32,808 bases of DNA, taken from the IMG/VR virus record IMGVR_UViG_3300037458_001154; one strand, given 5' to 3'. Source of the stretch: a virus. The notes under the pieces are model-generated. The model had not been told where the DNA came from and did no database searches. It saw nothing but the letters and a program-made list of their open reading frames with translations. Within the stretch, counting starts at the first letter, position 1. Each line of letters begins with the position of its first letter. Of this stretch, positions 24,573 through 31,526 are shown one piece after another. A program made the translations under genes and the position numbers.

Positions 24573-25063
24573 TCCCGGAGAGAGCGAGCGGGCGCTCCCG
24601 CCCCGGCGGGAGAGCGCCCGCGCTCGCGCACGCGCGTGTTTTTTGTTCGTTCGTACGTACGTACGTCACTCGACTCACGGTCGACTGTAGGTCGACTCAG
24701 GGTCGACTCAGGGTCGACTCTTTGACGGTCTCGCCAGTCCCGGCGGCGGTTGCGCTGGTGGAACACATAGCCCTGGTACTCCATCCAGTCGTGGACCTTG
24801 TGTCCCGTTTCTGTGACGTCGAGGAGGCCGCAGGAGACCAGTGCCGCAATGAATGCGTCCGGGTCTCCCTCCCATCTGCAGCCGATCGCCAAGTCCTCCG
24901 GGTCCATCCCGCTCAGTTCTCCGGATTCCTTGACCTGGCCAACCCAGCAGAACAGCTCGACGACGAGGCCAAGTGCTTCGTGTCGGCTGACCTTCAGCCG
25001 CCGCGCGAGCTTGCACACCTTGGGGTGCCGGTTCAGCCCGGTGTTGATCCGGATCCAGTCCAC
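24554..25063 (-). CDS. Replisome-organiser-like / DNA-binding protein (tentative) whose 3' end contains the iteron array
   Basis: The GTG at 25061-25063 lies 2 nt after the upstream stop. The N-terminus VDWIRINTGLNRHPKVCKLARRLKVSRHEALGLVVELFCWVGQ resembles the phage replisome organiser N-terminal domain pattern as I recall it. The last ~55 codons have poor third-position G+C and coincide with the repeats. Confidence 0.5.
   Translation of the reverse strand: MDWIRINTGLNRHPKVCKLARRLKVSRHEALGLVVELFCWVGQVKESGELSGMDPEDLAIGCRWEGDPDAFIAALVSCGLLDVTETGHKVHDWMEYQGYVFHQRNRRRDWRDRQRVDPESTLSRPTVDRESSDVRTYERTKNTRVRERGRSPAGAGAPARSLREWEPPR
24590..24619. repeat. GC-rich imperfect inverted repeat / hairpin
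   Basis: GGGCGCTCCCGCC-CC-GGCGGGAGAGCGCCC: 13 bp with a 2-nt bulge, 17 nt upstream of the zinc-finger gene ATG on the minus strand. It is flanked by a 14-nt alternating pyrimidine-purine tract (24625-24638) and a T6 run (24639-24644). Confidence 0.7.
24645..24668. repeat. Tetranucleotide tract GTTC GTTC GTAC GTAC GTAC GTCA
   Basis: Read directly. It is the most AT-rich, alternating purine-pyrimidine segment of this locus and sits adjacent to the iterons. Confidence 0.8.
24668..24722. repeat. Five tandem 11-bp iterons (consensus GGTCGACTCAG); candidate ori or pac protein-binding array
   Basis: Copies start at 24668 (degenerate), 24679 (GGTCGACTGTA), 24690 and 24701 (GGTCGACTCAG) and 24712 (GGTCGACTCTT). 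The period is 11 bp, about one helical turn. Each copy contains the palindrome GTCGAC. Confidence 0.8.
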
Positions 25064-25065
25064 GG

Positions 25066-25290
25066 TCAGTCCAGGTCGTAGGCGTGGGCGTACTTGGCGC
25101 CGGGCCGGCGGCGGGAGGAAGGGACGAGGCGGGATGTGGGGGCGAAGCGCCAGTGGCGGTAGCGGCCGTTGCCGGCGACGCACAGGGCGTGGGTGACGCG
25201 GCCCTTGTGGGCGAGTTTGTAGATCAGGAAGCGCGGGACGCCGAGGATCTGAGCGAGCTCCGTGGCGGAGATTCCGGTCTTCTGGGTCAC
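25066..25290 (-). CDS. Excisionase-family helix-turn-helix DNA-binding protein
   Basis: The GTG at 25288-25290 overlaps the upstream stop (GTGA), with GAAGGAGGA upstream. The HTH is ISATELAQILGVPRFLIYKLAHKGRV. Confidence 0.6.
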   Translation of the reverse strand: MTQKTGISATELAQILGVPRFLIYKLAHKGRVTHALCVAGNGRYRHWRFAPTSRLVPSSRRRPGAKYAHAYDLD

Positions 25291-25643
25291 GGTGTTCCTC
25301 CTTCGATTTTCCCTTTCGTGATGCGGATCGTGGTCTTGATTGCGTGCGTTCCGGAGCCAGACGAGAGCAACGCCAGCAAGTCGTCGGCCCGGACCAGCAC
25401 CAGCCACGGCCCGCGGTCCTTGCGGACGAACACGCCGCGGACTTCGTCGGCGGTCTGCATCCAACTCGGAAGCGAGGCGCGGCGCTTGACTTCCCAGTTT
25501 CCGACCGTCGTCTCGACGTCGCCCTGGTCGCCGCCGTACTCGGGCTGTTCGTATCTCAGGGAGCCGTCGAAGCCGCGTTCTGTGAAGAGTGCGAGGACTT
25601 CGAGCTCGCCGCGTCGGCCCTTGTCGCGCTGGGACTTGCTCAC
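25287..25643 (-). CDS. PD-(D/E)XK nuclease, Hjc-like Holliday junction resolvase (tentative)
   Basis: 118 aa. KGRRGELEVLALFTERGF ... GDVETTVGNWEVKRR fits an E...D...E-x-K arrangement. Confidence 0.55.
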   Translation of the reverse strand: MSKSQRDKGRRGELEVLALFTERGFDGSLRYEQPEYGGDQGDVETTVGNWEVKRRASLPSWMQTADEVRGVFVRKDRGPWLVLVRADDLLALLSSGSGTHAIKTTIRITKGKIEGGTP

Positions 25644-25924
25644 CGCCCCTCCCGCGCGATCTGGATGAGAGCGCCTTCTGCCGCAACATGGTCGGCCTCA
25701 AGGTCGTAGTCCTGCGGGTTCGCGGCCGCCGCCTTGCCCGTCTCGTCCCACCGCACGATCACCGCCCGCAGCCGCTCGCACTCGTTTGCCCACTTCTGTG
25801 CTTCGGCTTCCTTGGCGAAGATCGTGGCGCGGTGTTCGTTCAGTTGCTCGCACAGCCGCTCGATCTCGGCCCCGACCTCGTCGGCGTTGTAGACCTTTGC
25901 GGAACCAAGCCAGTACGCCTTCAC
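25640..25924 (-). CDS. Small hypothetical protein (94 aa) ending in REGR
   Basis: The GTG at 25922-25924 lies in a GTGA junction. Product begins VKAYWLGSAKVYNADEVGAEIERLCEQLNEHRAT and ends IQIAREGR. Confidence 0.55.
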   Translation of the reverse strand: MKAYWLGSAKVYNADEVGAEIERLCEQLNEHRATIFAKEAEAQKWANECERLRAVIVRWDETGKAAAANPQDYDLEADHVAAEGALIQIAREGR

Positions 25925-26055
25925 CGCCCCTCCCGCGTCACACGAATCATCCGCTCCTGCTTGTTCGGCCAGCGCCCCACCGCCAGAGCCAACACCCACG
26001 GGACGAGCGGGCCGAGAGGGATGTTCCAGACGAGCCACATCACAAGTCGTCTCAC
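25921..26055 (-). CDS. Small membrane protein (44 aa) ending in REGR, not in the ORF track
   Basis: The GTG at 26053-26055 lies in a GTGA junction. Product: VRRLVMWLVWNIPLGPLVPWVLALAVGRWPNKQERMIRVTREGR, with one TM helix. Confidence 0.5.
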   Translation of the reverse strand: MRRLVMWLVWNIPLGPLVPWVLALAVGRWPNKQERMIRVTREGR

Positions 26056-26303
26056 CTCCCCTCCCGCGCGATCCGATCAGCCCAAGCCTTTGCCATTTCC
26101 TCTTCGATGAATCCAACAGACATTGTTCCGTGGCTTATCTCCGCGATTGTCTTGATGAGACTTCCCCTCTCGTAATGGAGCTTCTTGTTCTCCTCCCGGA
26201 GCCGCTCGATCTCGGCCTTCCCCTTCTTGCAGCAGTCGCATTGACACCCATCCGCGAACACCTGTGCCAAGAACCCGACCGGAAGATCGCTGCTACTGGT
26301 CAC
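26052..26303 (-). CDS. Small hypothetical protein (83 aa, CQCDCC motif) ending in REGR
   Basis: GTG start in a GTGA junction. It has a Cys cluster followed by a coiled-coil (KGKAEIERLREENKKL). Confidence 0.6.
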   Translation of the reverse strand: MTSSSDLPVGFLAQVFADGCQCDCCKKGKAEIERLREENKKLHYERGSLIKTIAEISHGTMSVGFIEEEMAKAWADRIAREGR

Positions 26304-26476
26304 CGCCCCTCCCGCTTCACGGCACTCTCCGCGATCTCCTCCGCGTCGAACTTGTCGAGCGGCTGGTAGTATTCAATGGCATCCTGAGCCGCGTCCCATG
26401 CGTCGTCATAGTTTCGTCCGCTGCGCCATGCATCGAAGGCGGCGTCAGCGACGGCCTTGCGTTCGTAGTCCCTCAC
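26300..26476 (-). CDS. Small acidic hypothetical protein (58 aa) ending in REGR
   Basis: The GTG at 26474-26476 lies in a GTGA junction. Product begins VRDYERKAVADAAFDAWRSGRNYDDAWDAAQDAIEYYQPL. The remainder of ORF 26300..26995 is shadow. Confidence 0.55.
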   Translation of the reverse strand: MRDYERKAVADAAFDAWRSGRNYDDAWDAAQDAIEYYQPLDKFDAEEIAESAVKREGR

Positions 26477-26853
26477 CGCCCCTCCCGCTTCTTGAACCAT
26501 GGGTCGATGCGAAGGGACTCGACCTCCTCGGACGCGATCTGCTTGAGCTTCTCCAGAGCGTCCGTGTTGCGGAGCTCCTCCCGACTCGTCTCCCCATAGA
26601 CCCGCTTCTTTTTCCGAAGTGCTGCGTGAGCGGATACGAACTCGCAGATCGCTTCTTTCATCCTGCTCGCCTCTGACGCCCAATAGCTCCGCTGTGAGAC
26701 AAGCTGGGCAATCTGTCGGTCGCGGTCGGCAATCAGCTCGTTCTTCTCGGCGCAGCACTGGGCCAGCTTCTTCGCGCAGTCCTGGGCCGAGTCGATCAGC
26801 TCGGCGGCGTCGGGGTTGATCGGGGTCAGGTCGCCGGTGCGGAAGGGCTTCAT
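26473..26853 (-). CDS. Hypothetical coiled-coil protein (126 aa) ending in REGR
   Basis: The ATG overlaps the upstream stop (ATGA). The composition is helical and Lys/Glu-rich. Confidence 0.65.
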   Translation of the reverse strand: MKPFRTGDLTPINPDAAELIDSAQDCAKKLAQCCAEKNELIADRDRQIAQLVSQRSYWASEASRMKEAICEFVSAHAALRKKKRVYGETSREELRNTDALEKLKQIASEEVESLRIDPWFKKREGR

Positions 26854-27488
26854 GCAGCCTCCGAGATGTCAGGGATGAGCAGGCGCACGTTTCCCGCCAT
26901 GAGTGCGCACCAAGGAACGACGATGAAGTAGGTCCCGTCGTGCGTTCGATCAACGTAGGGTCTGTCCATTCGGCGTTTCTGCTTTCGGCACTCAAAAGGG
27001 CCGAATCTCGCCGTGAAGTTGACTAGGTCGACCGTCCGGACGACAGCAACAGACAATAACTTCTCGTGCGTGCGGTCGACGTAGGCCTGGACGGTGAGAT
27101 GAGGGAATAGGTACCCAAGGTCAGGCCTGGTAACAGCCAGCTCTCTTTTCTCCCACTCCGTCGTGTTGCCGCTTTCTCGACGAAGGCGGAGCGTAAAGGT
27201 CTCCCAGGAGATCCCGTCGCATTGGACTCTGCTGGCGACCCCTCGGACGGCCATACCTTGGCGAACGACCTGGTAGGCGTCGATCCCGCAAAGCTCGTCC
27301 ATGCGAGCTAGGGCCGATGCAGCCTCCCTGACAATCCCAGGGGCGCACTGCCCAAGCGCCACCTTCAGCTCCTTGCTTTCAACCGACACGATCTCTCCGC
27401 CACCGATCAACGGCCCGACCACCGGCCAGACAAGCCGGTGAAAGTCGTCGCGCGAGGCGTCGAGGTCGCGCCGAACGTCAGCTTTCAA
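26850..27488 (-). CDS. Hypothetical protein (212 aa), lower-GC gene
   Basis: Long ORF with non-shadow composition. It has a TTG start (uncertain) overlapping the methyltransferase end. Local G+C is about 55 percent in sampled 26941-27060, versus clearly higher in flanking genes. Confidence 0.55.
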   Translation of the reverse strand: MKADVRRDLDASRDDFHRLVWPVVGPLIGGGEIVSVESKELKVALGQCAPGIVREAASALARMDELCGIDAYQVVRQGMAVRGVASRVQCDGISWETFTLRLRRESGNTTEWEKRELAVTRPDLGYLFPHLTVQAYVDRTHEKLLSVAVVRTVDLVNFTARFGPFECRKQKRRMDRPYVDRTHDGTYFIVVPWCALMAGNVRLLIPDISEAA

Positions 27489-28722
27489 TGGAGCATCCGC
27501 GCTTGGTAGCGATCTTCACCATCTCCTCATTGACCTCGAAACCGATCGCTTGGCGCCCAAGCTCGGCAGCCTTGAGGACGAACGTCCCCGTGCCGGCGAA
27601 CGGGTCGAGCACGAAGTCGCCAGGCTTGCTCGCGTGCCGCACGAAGCGGTCGGCGAGATCGTCCGGCTTCTGCCAGGCGTGGTATCGGCCACCGAGCCGG
27701 CCGTCGGGGGCGTTGATGTCGTGGACGCTGAACTGCTCAGTCATCACCGGGCAGTCGAGCGGCGGCGCGTCCTCTCCTCGGAGGTAGAGGATGGCCTGCC
27801 AATTTGTCTTATACTGGTCGCTTGGGGCCGGTCCAAGCGTGTTGCGGTAGGTCCAGACGAGGACCTGCGTCCGGTCGATCCAGCCCGCTCGACGCACCGT
27901 ATCGAGGTATGCCAACAGCTCGACCGGGTACGATCCGATGCAGACGTACCCCTGCCCTGTCGGCTTGAGTTTCTGGACCGCGCACTCCAGCCAGCGGGAG
28001 AACTCACCGATGTTCGGTACGTCCGTCGAGTAGGGCGGGTCCGTGAGCAGCAGGTCGACCGACTCATCCGCGACAGAGTCGAGCAGGTCCCAAACCGTGC
28101 CGCGCTTGATGACACCGCGATCCGGGTCCTGCTGGCGCTGCGCCTCGACCTTCTGCTGAGCCTCACGGCGCTTCATCTCGCGAAAGGCGCCGTCCACCTT
28201 GCCCGTCTCGTCCATCTGATCGACCAGATCTCCGAACAGATCGGGGTCTGTGTCGGCAGCCTTGATGACCTCACGCGCCTTCTCGATCGTCTTGAAGCTC
28301 TTGCCCGTGGCCTTCGCGGCCTTCGCGCGGGACTCGCCGGCATCCAGCTCCGAAAACTTTTCGGGGCTAGCGTGCGCCGCGATCATCCGCTCCCGGGCCA
28401 GCCGCTCCTCCTCCTCGCGCACGGCGTCGGCGATCTCCACCGCCTCCGTCGGCGCGAAGTCCTTGCGGCAGACGTTCTCGTCGCGTTCGCCCTTGGCGAT
28501 GGCCTCGATGTCGATGACGTTGACCGGAACGTGCGTTCGTCCGAGCTTGCGAAACGCCGCGATGCGGCGCTCTCCGGCGATCAGCGTGCCGTCCTTGTTG
28601 ACCACGACGGGGTGCAGCAAGCCGATCGCCTCGATGCTCGCTGCAAGATTGTCGATGTCGCCCAGCACCTTGCGATGCCGCTGTCCTGGCTTGATGCGGT
28701 CGATCGGCCATTCAGTTGCCAC
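27478..28722 (-). CDS. ParB-like nuclease domain fused to an N6-adenine/N4-cytosine DNA methyltransferase
   Basis: GTG start after AGGGAG. The N-terminal ParB box is GLLHPVVVNKDGTLIAGERR. The methyltransferase has motif IV DPPY (LLLTDPPYS) upstream of motif I FAGTGT (VLDPFAGTGT), which is the beta-class order. Confidence 0.85.
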   Translation of the reverse strand: MATEWPIDRIKPGQRHRKVLGDIDNLAASIEAIGLLHPVVVNKDGTLIAGERRIAAFRKLGRTHVPVNVIDIEAIAKGERDENVCRKDFAPTEAVEIADAVREEEERLARERMIAAHASPEKFSELDAGESRAKAAKATGKSFKTIEKAREVIKAADTDPDLFGDLVDQMDETGKVDGAFREMKRREAQQKVEAQRQQDPDRGVIKRGTVWDLLDSVADESVDLLLTDPPYSTDVPNIGEFSRWLECAVQKLKPTGQGYVCIGSYPVELLAYLDTVRRAGWIDRTQVLVWTYRNTLGPAPSDQYKTNWQAILYLRGEDAPPLDCPVMTEQFSVHDINAPDGRLGGRYHAWQKPDDLADRFVRHASKPGDFVLDPFAGTGTFVLKAAELGRQAIGFEVNEEMVKIATKRGCSIES

Positions 28723-28750
28723 GTCGGATCTCCCTGATTGACATGAGAAA

Positions 28751-28781
28751 CCCCGGCGCCAGCAGCGGGCAGGCGCCGGGG
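28751..28781 (-). terminator. Intrinsic-terminator-like hairpin between the micro-ORF block and the methyltransferase gene
   Basis: CCCCGGCGCC-(11 nt)-GGCGCCGGGG, a perfect 10-bp stem, followed on the minus strand by TTTCTCAT. The U-tract is short, so termination may be partial. Confidence 0.5.
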
Positions 28782-28788
28782 CCTGGTG

Positions 28789-28926
28789 CTACTTCTTCGG
28801 TGCGGTCTTCTCCTTGCCGAGCTTCGCGATCTGCTTGTCGAGCCGCTCGATGCCGTTGACCGCGTGGTCGCGGATCTTCACCAGCGTGGCCCGACTCAGC
28901 TTCAGCTCGTTCACCGTCACAGGCAT
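28789..28926 (-). CDS. Small hypothetical protein (45 aa), not in the ORF track
   Basis: The ATG lies 5 nt after AGGAGG. Product: MPVTVNELKLSRATLVKIRDHAVNGIERLDKQIAKLGKEKTAPKK. Confidence 0.6.
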   Translation of the reverse strand: MPVTVNELKLSRATLVKIRDHAVNGIERLDKQIAKLGKEKTAPKK

Positions 28927-28935
28927 CGTGTCCTC

Positions 28936-29049
28936 CTACGGCCACAGGTTCAGGAACTTCTCCTCGTCGGTGGCCGGCCAGGGCCCCGACGGGTCGTCGC
29001 CGCCGGAGGCCCACTCCTCCAGCCAGCGCAGGAAGTCGAACAGGCTCAC
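28936..29049 (-). CDS. Small acidic hypothetical protein (37 aa), not in the ORF track
   Basis: The GTG at 29047-29049 lies in a GTGA junction, 4 nt after AAAGGAGGA. Product: VSLFDFLRWLEEWASGGDDPSGPWPATDEEKFLNLWP. Confidence 0.55.
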   Translation of the reverse strand: MSLFDFLRWLEEWASGGDDPSGPWPATDEEKFLNLWP

Positions 29050-29282
29050 GTCGTCCTCCTTTCGGGAAACTGACGGCGGGCGGTCTCTCCACACTGGTCG
29101 TTTGCGTGGCCGCCCGCCGTCGACCGACGACAGACCACCAGCACCGGCCGATCCGGACTGGCGGCAAGGCGCAGCCGGGCCCTCACCCGGCGTCGCTTCA
29201 GGTAGGAGCGCAGGGCCCAGACCTCGGGCTCCTGCATCGCGGAACGGAGGCGCTCCCGCAGGAACTTCTCCCGCAGGCTCAC
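29046..29282 (-). CDS. Hypothetical basic protein (78 aa)
   Basis: GTG in a GTGA junction with GGGAGG upstream. The N-terminal half looks protein-like (SLREKFLRERLRSAMQEPEVWALRSYL). The codon-position signal in the C-terminal half is ambiguous. Confidence 0.45.
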   Translation of the reverse strand: MSLREKFLRERLRSAMQEPEVWALRSYLKRRRVRARLRLAASPDRPVLVVCRRSTAGGHANDQCGETARRQFPERRTT

Positions 29283-29398
29283 TTCCGCCTCCCGTTGAAC
29301 TTGTCCCAGACCATGTCGGTCAGGAAGACCGCCAGCGACAGCCCGACGAACAGCCCGGCGAGGATCCCGAGGCCGTCGAGGTACGGGCCCCAGTTCAC
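29279..29398 (-). CDS. Small membrane protein (39 aa), not resolved in the ORF track
   Basis: The GTG at 29396-29398 lies in a GTGA junction. Product: VNWGPYLDGLGILAGLFVGLSLAVFLTDMVWDKFNGRRK, with one TM helix. Confidence 0.5.
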   Translation of the reverse strand: MNWGPYLDGLGILAGLFVGLSLAVFLTDMVWDKFNGRRK

Positions 29399-29595
29399 GG
29401 GAGCACCGGGCGCCAGAAGACCCGCCACGCCTTCGCGAGCGCGAGCTCTTGGCGCAGGTAGGAGACGAGGTTCTGTTGCCGCCAGAATGGGCTGTTGCGG
29501 CGCTGCCTTGCGATCATGCAATTGTTCTGATGCCGCACCCGCCACTGGTGCGGGGAGGCCTTCCACTGCCAGACATGAATCTCGTAGGGCATCAT
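29395..29595 (-). CDS. Trp-rich basic hypothetical protein (66 aa)
   Basis: The ATG lies 6 nt after GGAGG. It has 7 Trp residues and many Arg/Gln. The composition is not shadow-like. Confidence 0.6.
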   Translation of the reverse strand: MMPYEIHVWQWKASPHQWRVRHQNNCMIARQRRNSPFWRQQNLVSYLRQELALAKAWRVFWRPVLP

Positions 29596-29609
29596 CGCGG
29601 CCTCCGCTT

Positions 29610-30038
29610 CTAGAAGGGGATCTCGTCTTCCGGCTGGACGGTGGGCTGGAACAGCGGCGCCGACTGCTCGACGTGCTTGGCCGCGCGGAGCTTCTTCTGG
29701 ATGTCGGAGATGGCCTTCTTGTCGACGGAGTCGAGGACGTACTTGGCCTGCAGGGTGACCTTGCCGTTGTACTCGTTCTCTTGGATGTCGACGAGGACGG
29801 TCCGGCCGGCAAGCAGGGTCGGATTCGTGTCGAGCAGAATCGTCTCCTGGGAGTCGGGGTCGAAGCCCATCAGCTTGAGCGTGGCGCGGGCCATGCCCAT
29901 CGCCTTGTCAGTGAACCAGACGGGACCGCCGATGAACTCGCCGGCCACGTCGAGGGTGACGTTGAGGTAGGGTGTCCCCTTGACGGTGGCGGAGAACTCA
30001 TGCCGAACGATCTTCGCGACCTGGCGCCCGGTCCTCAT
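29610..30038 (-). CDS. ssb: Single-stranded DNA-binding protein with an acidic EDEIPF C-terminal tip
   Basis: Start at MRTGRQVAKIV (ATGA overlap at 30036-30038). The 142-aa OB-like core ends ...PTVQPEDEIPF, matching the conserved SSB C-terminal D-D-D-I-P-F interaction motif. It lies downstream of the AAA_24-like ATPase. Confidence 0.7.
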   Translation of the reverse strand: MRTGRQVAKIVRHEFSATVKGTPYLNVTLDVAGEFIGGPVWFTDKAMGMARATLKLMGFDPDSQETILLDTNPTLLAGRTVLVDIQENEYNGKVTLQAKYVLDSVDKKAISDIQKKLRAAKHVEQSAPLFQPTVQPEDEIPF

Positions 30039-31120
30039 GCGACCTCCTCGGTCGCCACGGGGGCCGGCTTGATGTTGGCGGTCGCCTCGCGCAGCCGGGC
30101 CAGGCCATCGCGCAGGCGCTCGGCGTTCATGGACTCGACTTTGGTCCAGCTCCGGGTACCGAAGGCGTCCTCGAGGTACTCGAGCTTGGAGGCCTTCTCC
30201 TTGGCCGTCTGGCCAGGCCACAGGCGGACGAGCTCGCCCTGGATCTCCTCGCACAGGATGACGCGCTGCCGGCGCTCGCGGACGTAGGCGTCGGCGCCCT
30301 CCTCGTCGAGGCCCATGTCAGTCTTCACCTCGGTATCGACCGCGGCGTGCGAGCCGGGCTGCAGGGCTAGGACGTGCGGGGCGAAGAACTCAAAGGTCGG
30401 GTTCTCGCAGGACGCGCCGTCGATCAGGTTGAAGCGGTCGCCGATCACGGTGGCCCGGTGGACGATCCGCATCGCGGTGCCGTCGAGGACCTGGGCCCGC
30501 TCCATGTTGACAAGCAGGGACGGTTCGTAGCCGAACTCGCCTTCGACCTTCATCTTGATTCCGGTCTTGACGAGGTCCTTGCCGCTGCCGTCCTCACGCT
30601 CCTCGAAGTCGTACTCGTAGCCCGCGCGGCCGCAGACGATGATGTGCAGACGCGAGTTGAGGTAGAAGTCGGTCCACTGCGCCCAGTGGTCTTTGATCCG
30701 GGACCAGTGCTGGAACTCCAGGCGAACCAGCGGGGACATGCCCTTACGCTGGCGCTGCTCGTTGATCTGGCGCATGTAGGCGGCACAGAGCTCGCGCCAA
30801 ACGTGGGTGACGGAATCGACGATTAGGACCGACGCGCCGCCAGCCTCGCAGGCGCGGCCGACCGCGAGCATGTCGTCAAAGGAGCGGGAGCGCTTGCCGA
30901 CGGGCTTGCGGCCTGTGGCCTTCTCGATCATCTGGCTGATGTACGGGGAGCCGCCCTCAGTGTCGAAGAAGGCGATCGGGGCGTCGAGATTGAAGACCTT
31001 CCGGACTCCGCCGGCGAGCAGGGTGGCGGTGAATGTTTTCCCGGACTTTTGGAAACCGAGGAAACCTCCCTTGAGGTAGCCGGCGTCAGCGCCGAGTTCG
31101 TCGAGAATCTGTTCGTTCAT
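30035..31120 (-). CDS. RecA-like AAA ATPase (AAA_24 / Sak4-like recombination protein, tentative)
   Basis: 361 aa with Walker A GFQKSGKT and Walker B VLIVDSV. It is paired with the SSB gene. Confidence 0.65.
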   Translation of the reverse strand: MNEQILDELGADAGYLKGGFLGFQKSGKTFTATLLAGGVRKVFNLDAPIAFFDTEGGSPYISQMIEKATGRKPVGKRSRSFDDMLAVGRACEAGGASVLIVDSVTHVWRELCAAYMRQINEQRQRKGMSPLVRLEFQHWSRIKDHWAQWTDFYLNSRLHIIVCGRAGYEYDFEEREDGSGKDLVKTGIKMKVEGEFGYEPSLLVNMERAQVLDGTAMRIVHRATVIGDRFNLIDGASCENPTFEFFAPHVLALQPGSHAAVDTEVKTDMGLDEEGADAYVRERRQRVILCEEIQGELVRLWPGQTAKEKASKLEYLEDAFGTRSWTKVESMNAERLRDGLARLREATANIKPAPVATEEVA

Positions 31121-31497
31121 GGGGCCTCCTCTCGACAGGACTCCGTCCCATCGAATTCGAAAGCTGTGGTGAGTCGGGAGATAGCGGAGCCGACGCGATC
31201 GTTCTTCAAGTCCTCGATCGCGAGTGCGACGGCGTCCTGCATCGCAACTTCTCGATTGCGACGGAACTTGTCCCGCCGGCGGAGGGCCTCGCTCATGATG
31301 TTGTAGTCGATCCGCGCGGCGTCGCAGATCGGGCAGTAGACGCGCTCCATCCCGCGGTCCATTGCCTGCTGGGTTCGCTGCCGGATGAGTCCGAGGACGG
31401 CGTTGATGATCTGGTTGTTGCGCTGGACGAGGGTCCAGTTGCGTTCCCAGTCCGGGTCAACCATCTCGTCCCGAACCGTGCTACTCTTCCCCTGCAC
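31117..31497 (-). CDS. Hypothetical early protein (126 aa)
   Basis: The GTG lies 4 nt after GAAGGAGG. It contains CPIC and helical segments. The end overlaps the ATPase start. Confidence 0.6.
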   Translation of the reverse strand: MQGKSSTVRDEMVDPDWERNWTLVQRNNQIINAVLGLIRQRTQQAMDRGMERVYCPICDAARIDYNIMSEALRRRDKFRRNREVAMQDAVALAIEDLKNDRVGSAISRLTTAFEFDGTESCREEAP

Positions 31498-31526
31498 AGA
31501 ACCTCCTTCGGGCTCTCGCCCGTCTG

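Larger units (their letters stand above)
25640..26487 (-). repeat. Five dispersed copies of a 15-nt junction element, CGGGAGGGGCGGTGA (minus strand)
   Basis: The plus-strand form tcaccgcccctcccg occurs at 25640-25654, 25921-25935, 26300-26314 and 26473-26487. A variant tcacctcccctcccg occurs at 26052-26066. Each copy encodes ...R-E-G-R-stop, a GGGAGGGG Shine-Dalgarno sequence and the GTG of the next gene. Confidence 0.9.

Noticed and set aside
25640-26487. CRISPR-like array (five short identical repeats)
   Set aside because: The repeats are only 15 nt and the spacing is irregular (131-281 nt). Every copy sits precisely at a stop/start junction of coding sequence. No cas genes are present.
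28735-28740. Plus-strand TTGACA hexamer upstream of the methyltransferase region
   Set aside because: There is no plus-strand gene or matching -10 box downstream. It is probably a chance occurrence next to the minus-strand terminator hairpin.
28712-29167. 151-aa minus-strand ORF spanning the micro-ORF block
   Set aside because: It is Arg/Gly/Pro/Ala-rich. It overlaps three short ORFs that each have strong SD sequences and GTGA coupling.
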